From Mayamaea pseudoterrestris (taxonomy: Eukaryota): DNA of 64,000 nucleotides. The notes beneath the pieces are model-generated. The model was not told the origin of the DNA. It did no database searches and was given only the letters and a program-made list of their open reading frames with translations. The position numbers and the translations under genes were made by a program. The DNA lies in assembly GCA_027923505.1 (NCBI GenBank), contig BROI01000041.1, positions 1 to 64,000 on the forward strand. The letters are read 5' to 3'. Positions 28,363 through 41,682 of the stretch are shown piece by piece (the stretch's first letter is position 1; each line of letters opens with the position of its first letter).

Positions 28363-31300
28363 CTCCCCTCGGGTACGCTGCTCGTCGTAGCCGCATTCTT
28401 GTCCTTCACAATCGCATATGATGTATCGCCGCGCCAAAACAATACTGGCTTGAGCAATGGCATCGCATCACAGTACGGCAGGTACTTCGTCAATACGTCC
28501 GCAATGTTCTCCTTTCCGTCAATCTTTACAAACTTGATAATCCCCGCAGCAACTGCCCAACGAACACGATGGTAGGCCAACGCATTGTGTCGCTTGGACA
28601 ATGTCGAACTCGGGATTGTAGATTGCGTAATCACTGCTTGGTTGTCTCCGTACATCCAGGCAGACTTCTCCAATGGTACGCCCATAGCCATGAGCGACGC
28701 GCGTAGAGAAATGCTGATATCCGTTCCACTCTTTGCTACGCCCGAATTCCACCGAAGGTCGCAGTCTCGACTGTAGCCTGGAGTTTGCAATGCCAGTCGA
28801 CAGGCGTCTGGTTGACAAATGACAAAACTCCTTCCAATGACTTGCCTGTCACCATGCAATGCATGAGACACGCATCCTCGAAAGTTGATGTTCGTACAGT
28901 CACACCCTTTGGCGGTGGGTAGACGTCCAACATCTCATCAACTCCGTCCTTCCCCGAAACGCTGCGCTCCCAATCTTGTTCCTCCATGGTGCCGAAGTGC
29001 TCCTCGTTGGCTGGCCACTTCGTACGGAAACGGATTGCTGCGTCCGGTAACTCTCGCAAATATCCACAGACTTGCTTCACCCGCTGCAGATGTCCCTTGC
29101 GCGGCTCCACACGGAATCGCGACAGGCTCACAACTGCAACGGCAATGTCAAATCGTCCCAAAGTAATCGCCCACTGAAGTGCTCCGACTAGAGACTGGTA
29201 AATCTTCTTCTCTTGGTCGTTCAGTAGCTCGCTTTGGTCAAGTTCGGGATGATCGTCTTTGTCGATTGGTGATGAATACTTCTTCGGAGGACCTTCAAAC
29301 AACCGCTCGTACTGCGCCAAGAGTTTCGCAACGTAGGTCTTGGCCGACCAGTAAAGAGTTCCGTCAGGGTCTCGTCCAAAGTCACCGCCGAGATGATACT
29401 CGGGATGTCCAACACCTTTGAGCTTAAACTTGTACTTCTCCTCTAGCATCTTGAAGAACGCTGCTGGATCGTCTGAAATATTCAACAGATCGTCGACCCA
29501 TACACAGAGGTAGTCGTAGCTGTCGCCGGCGTCCTTGATCCACAGATCGGAATTGCAATAGGACGGCTTCCACCCTTCCGCAAGTAGGGCGTCGGCTAAG
29601 CGTTCGTGAAATCGTCTCCGCTCGTTCGCAATCCGTACAAAGCCTTGACGATGACCAGGATGTGTCCTTCGCGCTCCCCGAACTCGGGGCCTCCAACGAA
29701 GTATACCTTCTCCTTGGTGAACGCTTCGAGATAAGCGTTCCCAATGTCACCGACCATGCACTTCTTGCCGTTCGCTTCTCCAATGACGAGAGCTAGACGC
29801 ATTGCCTTCAATGAGATAACACTGGAGTAGGCATCGTCGTTGTCTTTCGTCATGTGGCCGCCTGCAACGAGACGTGCCTTGTATCGCAAATCGTGCTTGA
29901 CATCGTACACAAAATGGACTCGGATCTTTTGGTAACCAGTTGGTGGTGCTGTGGTGGAACTCGGACCAAGATCTTGAAACGTCTCGTACTCGTCCAGGTT
30001 CGCAAGCTCCACGCCTTCCGCATCCGTCCACTTCGTGTGCCCTGCAGCTTCCTGCAAACGTCGCGCTTCCTTCCAATCTCGGGGTACTTGGACTCCAAAC
30101 TTGTAGCGCGGTCCGTTCTTCTGCTGCTCCATTCGGGCGGTCGCCACCTTGCGCGCAACCTTCTTGGCGTTCCGGGCCCATCGATTCAACGATGTCCATC
30201 CGTCCTTGTCGAGAAGATTATGCTTTTGCGCGTAGGCTGCCACTGATACTTTGTCGCTTTCGATCATCGCGTTCAGAGGCTCCCAAGTCTTGGATCCATC
30301 GTCCCATTGTACAAGGACGTTCCACTTGGAGTGCTTCCAGTTCTTCGACTTGCTCGTCAGCGGACCCTGATGGTCTAGGATCTCCTTGAAGAACCATTTA
30401 CGCTCAGGATTCGCCATGTCTTGGTTCACTTCGGCCTCGTAGAGATCGGAAACCTCGACATAGGACATGACTTCGTCCGCTTCGCCGTTACCAAGTTTCA
30501 GCATCATTTTAATGTTTTGATGGTTCTGGGCGTCGCGATTGTTCAGCTTGCTCATGACAGTCGCTTGAACTTCTTGCCCGTCGTCCGTCTTCATGAGAAA
30601 CGACTTGCCGATAAGTTCATCGGGTGCATACTTCGGGAGTTTGCGCCACGGATTGATGTTCTTCTTCTTCGGCTTGTCGTCGTCGTCATCGGCAGGGTCG
30701 TCATCGGCAGGATTAGGATCTAGCTCCCCGTCGGTCATATCGTCATCTTCCGGGTATTCCACCGTCTCGACCAAAGGGGTATCGTCTTCGTCAGGAATGA
30801 AAGAATCTTCGTCTCTGCTGTCGGCGTCGGTAATCTTCTTGATCATTTCCGGCATAAGGATCTCGCCACCTAGACCAGGTACGGTATAGAGACGCGGCTC
30901 CCCTTCTTTCATGACTGGGGAAGCAGGTGCCGGTACGCGAAGGTTCAAAAATTTTGGGTCATTTCGGGGTAAGCAAACCGATCGCGTCATGATCTCGTGG
31001 GTCTCGCAATCGCAGATGAAGTACGTCAGGTCGTCTCCGCACGTCGTGTTGGGACCAAGCCAGTACGCCGCGCGCTGGCGGGTACCCGGGGCCTCGACAT
31101 CCTTGACAAAGTAGTTGACAATTTCAAACCAACGAAAATGCAAATACTTCGACACGTCGGGGACTTGCCCAGTGATAAACTCGATGGGAGACTTGCCGTC
31201 CAAGGCAGGATGCGACAAATGACGGTACATCTCGGTCTGAAAGAGTAAAGCGCGTAGCCAGAAGCATGCCGGAGTGCCCGTTCGGTCCATAAGTCTTTCA

Positions 31301-34194
31301 TGACTTTCCTTTACGTGCCCGATGATGCGCTCGGCTGGGTTTTGATTCTGGTAGTACGGCTCCGATGTATGACGACGGCGGATCATGAACTCGCGCATTA
31401 CTTCGTCAAACTCGGCACTCATCGCTTCTTTCGCATTATCCAAGAAGACTTCCAACGGAGCTCCAAACTCGCGGATGAAATCACGGAATCGTTTCGGTAC
31501 GTCACCTTTCGTCCGCATGGGATACACGACAATGATCTGACTGCGACAACCATAGAATAGCTGCACGCATGTGCACCCTGCATGTCCGTCGATATGGTCA
31601 TCCATGGCAGGTTCGTCGAAGAACATGGTGTCATGGGCCACTCGATCATCTAGACGGTAGACGTTCAGGAATCGGCTCTTTCGATGCATTCGTGGGGGGT
31701 ATCGGCGCTCGTGCATGTTGAACTGCGTGCTATGGCGCAAAGTATCCTTGATCGTCTGCGCCGGGTACCATGCAAAGTTCGGCAGCAATGCGTCGATATC
31801 AGGTTTCTTTGGCAGGATAGACTTGTAGGGCTGATAGACGAGATCCGCATTGTACTTCTGTACGACGGCACAAACATTCAGCTCCTTCTCGGTGTAAACA
31901 GGTTGATTGTCGTGTCCGAGATTCGTATACGTCACGTTGCTCTGACGATGGGTGCGATTCCGCGTACGCGAACGTGTCACGCGCGTGAAGCCCTCTTCGT
32001 CGTCACTGTCTTCGTCGTCTTCGTCACGCGACAACAAGTCCGGTACGTCGTCCTCGTCGTCATCGTCATCCGAAGAGTCATAGTCGTCGTCCTCGGTCGG
32101 CTCGACGTCAAACTCATTCGGATCCCAAGGCCCATCGAAAGTCATCATGACCCGAGGTAAGGTGTGAAGCTCATGCGCCGACACTGGAAACATTGGCAAG
32201 GTCGCCATGCCACTTTCCATTCCGAGCATAAACTTGTATCCATCTGGCGTTTCGATTCGTAACTTGCCACCAAAGTTGTAATGCTTATCGTTGACATGAA
32301 GTCCGAAGGCTTCCATCTGCATACTCGAATGAATCGTCTTGCCGGTTCCAGAATATGCGTAATTATGGAACTCGCCGACGACCCAACCCTTGGTGCTCTT
32401 AAGCTTGGCGACTGCTGTGACGGTAGACAGGTCCGGAAGCTTGAGACCACCGACTCCAGTGACTTCAATCTTGTGGAACTTGTCCTCGGTAAGGATGCGG
32501 CCGTCCGCTCCCCATACTCCGCCACTTGCGCCGCGATCGACAGTCGACGCTGAATGCTTATCCAAGTCAATGCTCGCGACTTTGTACTTGCGACTCTGAG
32601 CGATATTCGCTCCCCGAGTCGTAGTCGTGGGCTGGTCTGGACCTAAGAAACTTCGCATCGCTGAGCCACGGCTGGTGTTGTTCACACGTTCGGTCGCCGC
32701 ACTCGCCGTCGTTGCCGCTGATGAAGTGGCTGCGACGTTCGCGTTGCGTGTTGTACTCGTCGTTTGCGTGGTGCCTGCCTGTGTTGCTGATGTCGAACCA
32801 CCTGCAGCACTGGCCGCTCGACTCGTACCACGGCGTTCAAACACTTCGTGTTGCTGATCGCGGGTAAGGAGTCGCCACGTGTTTGGTGGAATCGTCGCAT
32901 TCACGTCGCTGGGAATTTCGATCGTCTTCGTGTCGGCATAGCTGCGAACATACGTACGAGTATCTCCCCGACCGCGGCCGCTGCCGCCGCCTCGTCCCGT
33001 GCTCAAGTCGCCGCGACCACCGCCCCCTTGATTGGATTGCTGATTGTTGCTGCTACTTGGCGTAGACTGGGAATTGTTCGCGCTTGCCTTCTTCGTCTTC
33101 TCCTTCTCTTTCTTGGTTTGCTCAGATTGGTTCGCCTGACGCTTCTCGGTCTCCTTGATGCCACGACGATTGTCAGATTGACGTGCGACGTCGTTCAGGA
33201 GGTTCCAAAACTGGGTGTACGTCATCGGGTTGCCGGTCTTGGACTCTTCGATCAGCGCCATGTTCACCGCCGATGCCATATCCGCATGGCGGAAAACCGC
33301 GCGCTCCAAAATCTGACGCTTCGTGCTTGCTGTAAGTAGCTCGGTTTCCTCGGCGTAGTCATTGTAGTTCTCTTCCTTGCTGGACCACTGGATAAGCCAA
33401 TTGACGAGAGACTTGGCGTAACTCGCGTCGAGAGTGAAATTGCGCCATTCGTCTTCAGCCGAACATAGATCCAACTTGCGCGCCATCCCGTCGAGGAATG
33501 TCGCCTCCAACTCTGCAATGCACGCTGAGGCATTCGCGCTGTCGATGTGCTTGCGGACAATGAGCTTGCTCTGCGGTGTCTTGCAGGTATACTCGAGCGC
33601 CGCTAAAAGCTTTGAACACTGATACTGATACTCGGCAAATTCGGGCTCGAGTGCAGCCGGTGCCTTGAACTCGTCGTCCCAAAAGTAGCCAAGTCGCTCG
33701 CTTCGCATGCGGTTCTTGAAGGCCCGCCAGTAGGAGCAGAACTTGCGATCGTTCTTGAGCTCCAGCATGGTCTTCAGATCCAGCTTGATGTCGTGTCGTT
33801 TCGTCGTGGTGTCGTTGCCTCCGATAACGCTGAAGTCTCCGAAACTGCGGTTGCCTGCGGTCGGTGACCCCGGTGCTGCTGGGAGGTCTCGGCTCGTAAT
33901 GTGGTCTTTCTCCAGGTCTTGCCATTGCGCAGTCGTCCGACGTTGCTCGTGAATCCAACTCATGAGCTTGCGCAATCGGCTTGTTCGTATCGTCGACCAC
34001 TGGTACTGGGTCTTAATGTTCGTCACGTCTTGTTCCGACAGCTCGGCCATCGCCTCCGCAGTCGTGAGTTCCTCTTGCTCGAAACACACTGCGGTAGGGT
34101 CGTTTGGATCCCAAGCTGCGGACGCTGCGAGCCACGGAATATCGAAGACTTTACCGACGGCACGCTTGTAGGTCGTTACATCAATCGTCGCCAT
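28317..34194 (-). pseudogene. gag-pol polyprotein of family 2 copy 1, split by frameshifts near 29620 and 28745
   Basis: ORFs 29596-34194, 28736-29485 and 28317-28871 together reproduce the 1953-aa protein. The breaks are small indels relative to copy 2 and could be real or sequencing errors. Confidence 0.9.
28363..28370 (-). promoter_or_regulatory. polypurine tract GAGGGGAG
   Basis: Purine run immediately 5' of the 3' LTR on the element strand. The same run occurs at 61960-61967. Confidence 0.8.
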
Positions 34195-34291
34195 GTTGGA
34201 GGTTGATCAGAGGAATCGGACTCGCTGCAGACGAATGTGTCACGATAGCTCCCTCGCTCGTTCTCGCTCTCAAAGCACTGAAATGTTAATC

Positions 34292-34686
34292 TAACACCGT
34301 TGACGATTTCGCAGTCAACGTCTTACCTCCAAAAAGCTCCGATACAGGGTCCTTGGCCACGGTCTGTACAGCTCTTGATGGAGATGGCTCGTCGAATAGT
34401 CTTGCGCTCGCCACTACACGAATACGACTGCACTCTCGTCGCAAACTAGTAGTTCTATATTGTGAGCTTATCGCTACATCGCTACATCGACCACTCGGAA
34501 GATCATCCGATCAATCCGTTTCTTTCAATCACATTACATCAGTCGTAACTGGTCGTTCCATTCATACAACGCATCCACACGACGGTTGCGCACTTTCTTC
34601 ATTCACATGTCACATACGACAGCTGCGGACTCGACACAAGCTAATTAGGGTTCGGGCTCTTGACTTCGCCGCTCTGCGACTTGTCA
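34292..34686 (-). repeat. 5' LTR, copia family 2 copy 1 (395 bp)
   Basis: Direct repeat of 27968-28362 and reverse complement of 55660-56054. Confidence 0.95.
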
Positions 34687-37224
34687 ATCTGTGGGCTGAG
34701 ACTGGTGACAAGTTGTCACCAAATACATTGCCATCTCCTGAGACACCAGCCAAGCCTACCATCTGGTAGCACAGCCTAAATAACGATGTTGGCACCATTC
34801 TGGTGTAATTTGGGCACCTACAGGGCTTGCTGTAGGGGGAGTTTGAATGTCACAGCATTTGAGGGCTGAGACTGGTGACAAGTTGTCACCAAATACATTG
34901 CCATCCCCGGAGACACCCACCAAGCCTACCATCTTGTCGCGCAGCCTGAATAATGATGTTGGCAGCATTCTGGTGTTTTTTGGGCACCTACAGGGCTTGC
35001 TGTAGGGGCGTTTGAATGTCACGGCATCTGCGGGCTGAGACTGGTGACAAGTTGTCACCAAATACATTGCCATCCCCGGAGACACCATCCAAGCCTACCA
35101 TCTTGTAGCGCAGCCTGAATAATGATGTTGGCAGCATTCTGGTGTATTTTGGGCACCTACAGGGCTTGCTGTAGGGGCGTTTGAATGTCACAGCATCTGC
35201 GGGCTGAGACTGGTGACAAGTTGTCACCTAATACATTGCCATCCCCTGAGACACCAGCCAAGCCTACCATCATGTAGCGCATCCTGAATAATGATGTTGG
35301 CACCATTCTGGTGTAATTTGGACATCTACATGATTTGCTGTAGGGACGTATGAATGTCACGGCATCTGCGGGCTGAGACTGGTGACAAGTTGTCACCAAA
35401 TACATTGCCATCCCCTGAGACACCAGCCAAGCCTACCATCTTGTAGAGCAGCCTAATTAATGATGTTGGCACCATGCTGGTGTAATTTGGGCACCTACAG
35501 GGCTTGCTGTAGGTGTGTTTGAATGTCACGGCATCAGCAGGCTGAGACTGGTGACAAGTTGTCACCAAATACATTGCCATCCCCGGAGACACCAGCCAAG
35601 CCTACCATCTTGTTGCGCAGCCTGACAAATGATGTTGGCACCATTCTGGTGTATTTGGGGCACCTACAGGGCCTGATGTAGGGGCGTTTGAATGTCATGG
35701 CATCAGTGGGCTGCGACTGGTGACAAGTTGTCACCAAATACATTGCCATCCCCGGAGACACCAGCCAAGCTTACCATCTTGTAGCGCAGCCTGAAAAATG
35801 ATGTTGGCACCATTCTGGTGTATTTTGGGCACCTACAGGGCTTGCTGTAGGGGCGTTTGAATGTCCCGGCATCTGCGGGCTGAGACTGGTGAGAAGCTGT
35901 CACCAAATACATTGCCATCCCCTGAGACACCTGCCAAGCCTACCATCTTGTAGCGCAGCCTGAATAATGATGTTTACACCATTCTGGTGTATTTTGGGCA
36001 CCTACAGGGCTTGCTGTAGGGGCGTTTGAATGTCATGGCGTCTGCGGGCTGAGACTGGTGACAGGTTGTCACCAAAAACATTGCCATCCCCTGAGACCCA
36101 CCAAGCCTACCATCTTGTAGCGCAGCCTGAATAATGATGTTGGCAGCATTCTGGTGTATTTTGGGCACCTACAGGGCTTGCAGTAGGGGCGTTTGAATGT
36201 CACGGCATCCGCGGGCTGAGACTGGTGAGAAGTTGTCACCAAATACATTGCCAACCCATGAGACACCAGCCAAGCCTACCATCTTGTTGCGCAGCCTGAA
36301 TAATGATGTTGTCACCATTCTGGTGTAATTTGGACACCTACAGGGCTTGCTGTAGGGGCGTTTGAATGTCACGGCATCCGCGGGCTGAGACTGGTGACAA
36401 GTTGTCACCAAATACATTGCCATCCCCTGAGACACCAGCCAAGCCTACCATCTTGTAGAGCAGCCTAATTGATGATGTTGGCACCAATCTGCTGTATTTT
36501 GGGCACCTACAGGACTTGCTGTAGGGGCGTTTGAATGTCACGGCATCTGCAGGCTGAGACTGGTGAAAAGTTGTCACCAAATACATTGCCACCCCCTGAG
36601 ACACCAGCCAAGCCTACCATCTTGTAGTGCAGCCTGAGTAATGATGCTGGCACCATTCTGGTGTATTTTGGGCACCTACAGGGCTTGCTGTAAGGGCGTT
36701 TGAATGTCATGGCATCTGCAGGCTGAGACTGGTGACAAGTTGTCACCAAATACATTGCCATCCCCTGAGACACCGGCCATGCCTACCATCTTGTAGTGCA
36801 GCCTAAATAATGATGTTGGCACCATTCTGGTGTATTCTGGGCACCTACAGGGCTTGCTGTAGGGGCGTTTGAATGTCCCGGCATCTGCGGCCTGAGACTG
36901 GTGACAAGTTGTCACCAAATACATTGCCATCCCCTGAGACACCAGCCAAGCCTACCATCAAGTAGTGCAGCCTGAGTATTGATGCTGGCACCATTCTGGT
37001 GTATTTTGGGCACCTACAGGGCTTGCTGTAAGGGCGTTTGAATGTCATGGCATCTGCGGGCTGAGACTGGTGACAAGTTGTCACCAAATACATTGCCATC
37101 CCCTGAGACACCAGCCATGCCTACCATCTTGTAGTGCAGCCTGAATAATGATGTTGGCACCATTCTGGTGTATTCTGGGCACCTACAGGGCTTGCTGTAG
37201 GGGCGTTTGAATTTCACGGCATCC
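34687..37224 (+). repeat. SatA array, ~15 copies
   Basis: The 169-bp unit resumes at ATCTGTGGGCTGAG directly after the LTR. Confidence 0.96.
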
Positions 37225-37744
37225 ATCCAAGGAGTTCATGTTAACTTGTGGTTATGGTCAATGCACCCCGCATCCCATGGGTCCATGTTGATTTGCATCC
37301 CATGTGTCTACATTTTTGGCAGTTGTGATTGATTATGATCGATCCGAGCCATGGATTCAACTTATTCTGTGGTTAAGGTCAATCCAAGCCATGAGTCCAC
37401 CCTATTTTGTATTTAGGGACAATCCAATCCAAGAATCATCGCTAACTTGTGGTAGAGATTGATCCATCCAAAGAGTTCATGTTAACTTGCGGTTATGGTC
37501 AATGCATCCCGCATCCCGCATCCCATGGGTCCATGTTGATGACTTGCATCCCATGTTTCTACATTTTTTGGCAGTTATGATTGATCCAAGCCATGGGTTT
37601 GACTTAATTTGTGGTTAAGGTCAATCCAAGCCATGAGTCCACCCTAATTTGTATTTAGGGACAATCCAATCCAAGGATCATCGCTAACTTGCGGTAGAGA
37701 TTGATCCATCCAAGTAGTTCTTGTTAACTTGCGGTAATGATCAA
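37221..37744. repeat. tandem repeat of ~242 bp (about 2.2 copies) built from ~40-bp subrepeats
   Basis: ATCCATCCAA.GAGTTC..GTTAACTTG.GGT recurs at 37221, 37462 and 37704, with internal ATCCAAGCCATG / TGTGGTTA.GGTCAAT subunits. Confidence 0.85.
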
Positions 37745-37786
37745 GTCTGAAAGGTGCAAAACCGACTGCCGGGAGGCCTACACCAT
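37745..37786 (+). repeat. SatC fragment (left half of the YR-element target site)
   Basis: GTCTGAAAGGTGCAAAACCGACTGCCGGGAGGCCTACACCAT matches the SatC monomer up to CACCAT. The monomer continues (GGAATGG) at 43824. Confidence 0.85.
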
Positions 37787-37917
37787 CGGCCAGTCCTTTG
37801 TCCTAGCCGACATACCGGCTTGCTGTCATCCAGCCCATCTAGGCAGCTAGCTAGTTGGAGAGACGAGTTGGTGTTAACAGGCAGTTTACTTGCCAGCCCC
37901 CCCACGCCCAGTGTCGC
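37787..37917 (-). repeat. split direct repeat B2
   Basis: Repeats 38145-38260 (shared TTGGAGAGACGAGTTGGTGTTAACAGGCAGTTTACTTGCCAGCCCCC...CCAGTGTCGC). Confidence 0.85.
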
Positions 37918-37935
37918 GAGGGTGGGTGAGGAGGG

Positions 37936-38144
37936 TGAAGCTTATGAGACTATCTAATGAAGTACTGGAACTGCTTGACTCGGATGTCTGCAGTTGACTT
38001 CGTGCAACAGAATGAGGAGACGAGAATCGACGTCGCGAGGCTTTCGCCGCGCGGAGCGTAGTAAGGCGGTATCAGGTAAAGTCTCGAGTAGGTGCATGTG
38101 CTTCTTGGTGTTCAATTGTGCCCTTTCTCCCCTGCACGGAATGA
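37936..38144 (-). repeat. split direct repeat A2
   Basis: Repeats 43606-43823 (TGAAGCTTATGAGAC...GGAATGA). Confidence 0.9.
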
Positions 38145-38260
38145 CGGCCAGCCTTTGTCCCGCCCGCTGTCATCAGCCCCAGCCCATCTAGGCAGCTGCT
38201 TGGAGAGACGAGTTGGTGTTAACAGGCAGTTTACTTGCCAGCCCCCAGGCCCAGTGTCGC
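38145..38260 (-). repeat. split direct repeat B1
   Basis: Abuts A2 at GGAATGA|CGGCCAG and repeats 37787-37917. Confidence 0.85.
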
Positions 38261-38396
38261 TCCAACAGCCTCCCATTTCGGAGGAAGTCTGAGAAATCAG
38301 GCCACCGACAAGTCTGGGGGGGCGAGCCGGGAAGAAGCGGCGCCGAGAAGCGCCAGGCCAAGGCATGAGAAATACATGGTTGGGAATAACATTAAA

Positions 38397-39327
38397 TTAC
38401 GGCCGCCGCGACCATAGTGAGTTGGGCGTAGTGGTGCATGGCGAGTGGGCGATGGAGGTGGCAGGCATCGGCAGCGCGAGTCGGTGCGGGGACAATACTC
38501 TCGAGCCAGCGGAGCAGGTGCGCAGCCAGAAGCCGGTGTCGCGAGGTGAGGAATGTCCCAGCGCGGCGTGGGTTGAAGGCCAGCCGGTGCGCGACTGTGG
38601 TGATGTCATGCGGCGGAGTGACGGGAGGGGCGGATGAGCGGAAAAGGAGTTCGCCACGCCGTGGGCGACGACCTCCCCGCGCGTACCATTCTTTTGGGTA
38701 GTGAAAGTCAGGCTGCAACCAGTGGAGCGTGCCATGTCGGCCGAGGTTGCAGTGGCGAGATCCCATCGACCGCCAGCGTGGAACAGCTGGACATCGCAGA
38801 ACCGAAACGGTTCGGAGTCGACTGTGACGCCAGTGTATTCACGGGAGGAGGAGAAGAAGTAGGCGATGGTGCATACGGCGCTGGAGTAGAGCTTGGCGGT
38901 GGAGACACGAGCGCACTACTTGGATCGGGAGGGGCTTGACGCGATTCGGCGGCGGATCGGCGCGGCCAAAGTACTTTGAGCAGGCGTTGGAGGCGAATGT
39001 CGATTTTGCCCGTGGCGTCGTACCGGATGTCGCTGGTCCCCATGAGGGCGAACGCCCGGCCGGACGGCACGTAGGGCGCCTCCGGGGTCGACCGCAGGTG
39101 CGATGTCGCCCGATTGATACAGCTGCGCGAATACCAGTAGGGGTTGGATGTGGGTCGAACAATGGGGCAGTGTGGGCGCCAATCCGCAGGTGCAGAAGGC
39201 GTTCCAGCACTGCCAGCGGTGTCGGCGGACCGGGCGGTAAAAGAAACGCCCCGTTCGGACGCCCGTACGCAACAAAGCGGAGCTGATCGCAGAGCTCATG
39301 GCGGGTCGCAGATGGCAGAGTGTCCAT
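38397..39327 (-). pseudogene. tyrosine recombinase, frameshifted (boundaries approximate)
   Basis: Fragments DPPPNRVKPLPIQV, (C)TIAYFF...EYTG and LTFTTQKNGTRGEVVAHG resemble DIRS-order YR proteins. The C-terminal catalytic H-x-x-R/Y region is too garbled to read. Confidence 0.7.
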
Positions 39328-41616
39328 GGGAATCCTGTAGGTAAGTGGTGTTAAAGTGCATGAGAAACTCATCGTCGGACAATTCCCAAAGGCGCGACGT
39401 GTCGGCCATGACGTTACAGGGGCCCGGAATGTAGTCGTGTCGCGGGACATAGCGGTAGTGACGCTGGTGCCAACTTTGGAGGCGCAAGAGATACGCGGCT
39501 GGGCCGACGGTGGTCGTGGAGCCGCGTTGTTGCCAGCTGACGGCGGCGACGTTGTCGTGGAGGCTGTGGATCGTGCGCTCGGCCACGTCCGCGAGCTGGG
39601 CGATGACGTCGTGGTGCGCCACGCTGCCGGCCAGTTCCAAGTCGCTGTTGGTGATGGTACCGTGGGGGTTGTCGCTGGACACCAGCTTGGACTGGATGCG
39701 TGGCGTAAAAGGGTGGCGCCACACGACGGGGCGCACCCGACGGTGCGAGTCGGTGAAGAACGCTGCGCCGCCCATGCCACGGCCGGCTGCATCTGTGGTG
39801 CCGGGAAGGCCCGTGGGCTGAGGGACCACTTCGAGAATGCGAGCAGGGCGCGCGGCGAGGCGACGTGCCACGACGCGAAAGTCGGCGAGAAAGGTGTGCA
39901 CGGCGGGCTTCAGGTGAAGTCTCCCTGAGTGCTCGAGGGGGTGGCGAAAAGCCTCTTGTAGCAGACTGAAGAGTCCGCGTACGCCAGGCAAGGCGAGCGA
40001 CATGGAGCGCAGCTCCCCCAATACCTTATGCCACGTTTTGCGGCCCGCGGTGCGTGGGAGGGGATTGACTCGAGTATCGCGTGGAGGCGCGAGAGGCGAT
40101 GCGGCGGTAGCGTGATGGTGCCTGCGACCGTGTCGATGTCCCACCCCAGTATGGTCTTCCGAGTGGACCACGCGCCGTCGCCTTTGCGTAACTTCTTTAC
40201 CGAGATGGGTTCCTGTCGATGTGGATTGTCAGTTGGGAGCAGTGGGCGGAACACCGTGTCGAGCGCGTGGAAGAGATCACGGCGTAGCTGGCGCTGGCGT
40301 GGCCGGCCGCCTTGGCACAGTCCAATGAAGTCATCAACGTACACGTCATGGTGGCCGACAGGTCGTTGGAAGTATGTTGCTGTCGATGTGACCGGGAGCA
40401 GCATCGTGTCCGGAGTCGTGTCGTCGCACGGTGCGTCGGGCCCCGGCGCTGGGAGCGTGTCGGCTTCGCTTTCCAGCCGGTGCGGCGTGGTGTTGTGGCG
40501 TGGCGTGGCGTTGGCGATGTCGGCGATCGTCTCGGTGGCCGACGTGAAGAATGGCGGCGAATGTACCCACCCCATGGGTAGCGTGAGTGGAAAGGCGATC
40601 AGTTGTTCTTCGCCCGGACTCGTGGGAAAGAGGACGCCCAACTTTGGTATGTCGGCCAGCCATAGCCCAATGCGGTAGAAACCGTCGGCGATGTCAATTT
40701 TTGCGAGGCGTACGTTTCCGTAACGTGGATTGGCGCGTGCGATGTTGTACATGATTCGGTGCAAGGCCCGGCCGAATTGCATTGACTCGAATGGTGCGAT
40801 CGGCACGGACTCGTCGTTTACGCCGAAGAAGCTGTAGTCCACGATCGTGCGCGGTCGTCGCTCATGTTGTTCCACGGCGCCCACGGGGCTGAGTCGCAAG
40901 TCGGGCAAGTGGGCGACGGAACTCGCTGGTACCACGATCCAATGTCCCTTGTGTATCATGTCGGCGAACTCTTTGCGCAGAAAAGCTTGATGGTCCTTGG
41001 CGGACTGATGTGGGCCACGGTCGATCGCGGCTTGTCGTCGTTCAGCCGTCCACGGCGCAGTTTGCAGTTGGACGGGCGCGCCCCGGTCCCGAAGATGGCG
41101 TAGGAGGTGGCGCGCTGGATGGTCAATGTCGCAAACCGTGTCGGCGAGGTCCGGTGGGTCGCGTACTCGATTGATAAAGTCCTCCCACGACGTGGAGGCC
41201 TGCAGCGTGTGGTGTGCTTCGCGTACTAGGTCGCCGAGTGGGTCGTCGAGGAGTTGCGCCGGCCGAGGCACCGTGGGTGTCAATGGCCGTGGGGGTGCGT
41301 CGCGTGGACCCCCGCGCGTGTGCGGTGGCGTGCGTGATGCGTCGAAAGATGTCGGTGGGGCGCGAGTCGCTACTTCGCTTGTCGGTGTCGAGGGGTCAAG
41401 CGTCTCCTCGCTGGACTCGGAGATGGACGCTAATGTCAGTCGGAATGTCGGGGTCGGTGCAGCGCGGCGTCTGCGTAACGTGGTGGTGGAGCGCTGGGTC
41501 AGTTTTCCAACGGCTCCGTCGAATGGTGGCTTACCTAGATTAGCGTTTGGGACAAACATGTGACTAGTTAGGTTTTCAGTTAGACTACTCCTACCTTCTT
41601 CGATCCGCCGCCTCAC
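39296..41616 (-). pseudogene. DIRS-type reverse transcriptase-RNase H, with a frameshift near 40050
   Basis: RT motifs LSPVGAV..RPRTIVDYS, KIDIADGFYRI, LPMGWVHSPPFF, VYVDDFI, ILGWDIDT (39910-41616). RNase H motifs TDAAGRGMGG, NSDLELAG, HDNVAAV, YIPGPCNVMAD (39296-40171). Confidence 0.92.
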
Positions 41617-41682
41617 TTGACGACCCTCCCAAAGACTTGCAGGCTGTGACCGTTGCGCGCCAGGCGACGGCCTGCCGACCCC

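Larger units (their letters stand above)
27968..34686 (-). mobile_element. Ty1/copia LTR retrotransposon, family 2, copy 1 (full length, two frameshifts, no TSD)
   Basis: Two matching 395-bp LTRs flank gag-PR-IN-RT-RH ORFs that are nearly identical to 56152-62013. It is inserted in SatA. Confidence 0.97.

Noticed and set aside
27951..28421. Stop-free antisense frame across the LTR (also 34353-34769, 55625-55993, 62276-62677)
   Set aside because: There is no ATG within the LTR frame, and it recurs only because the LTRs are identical. No independent coding evidence.
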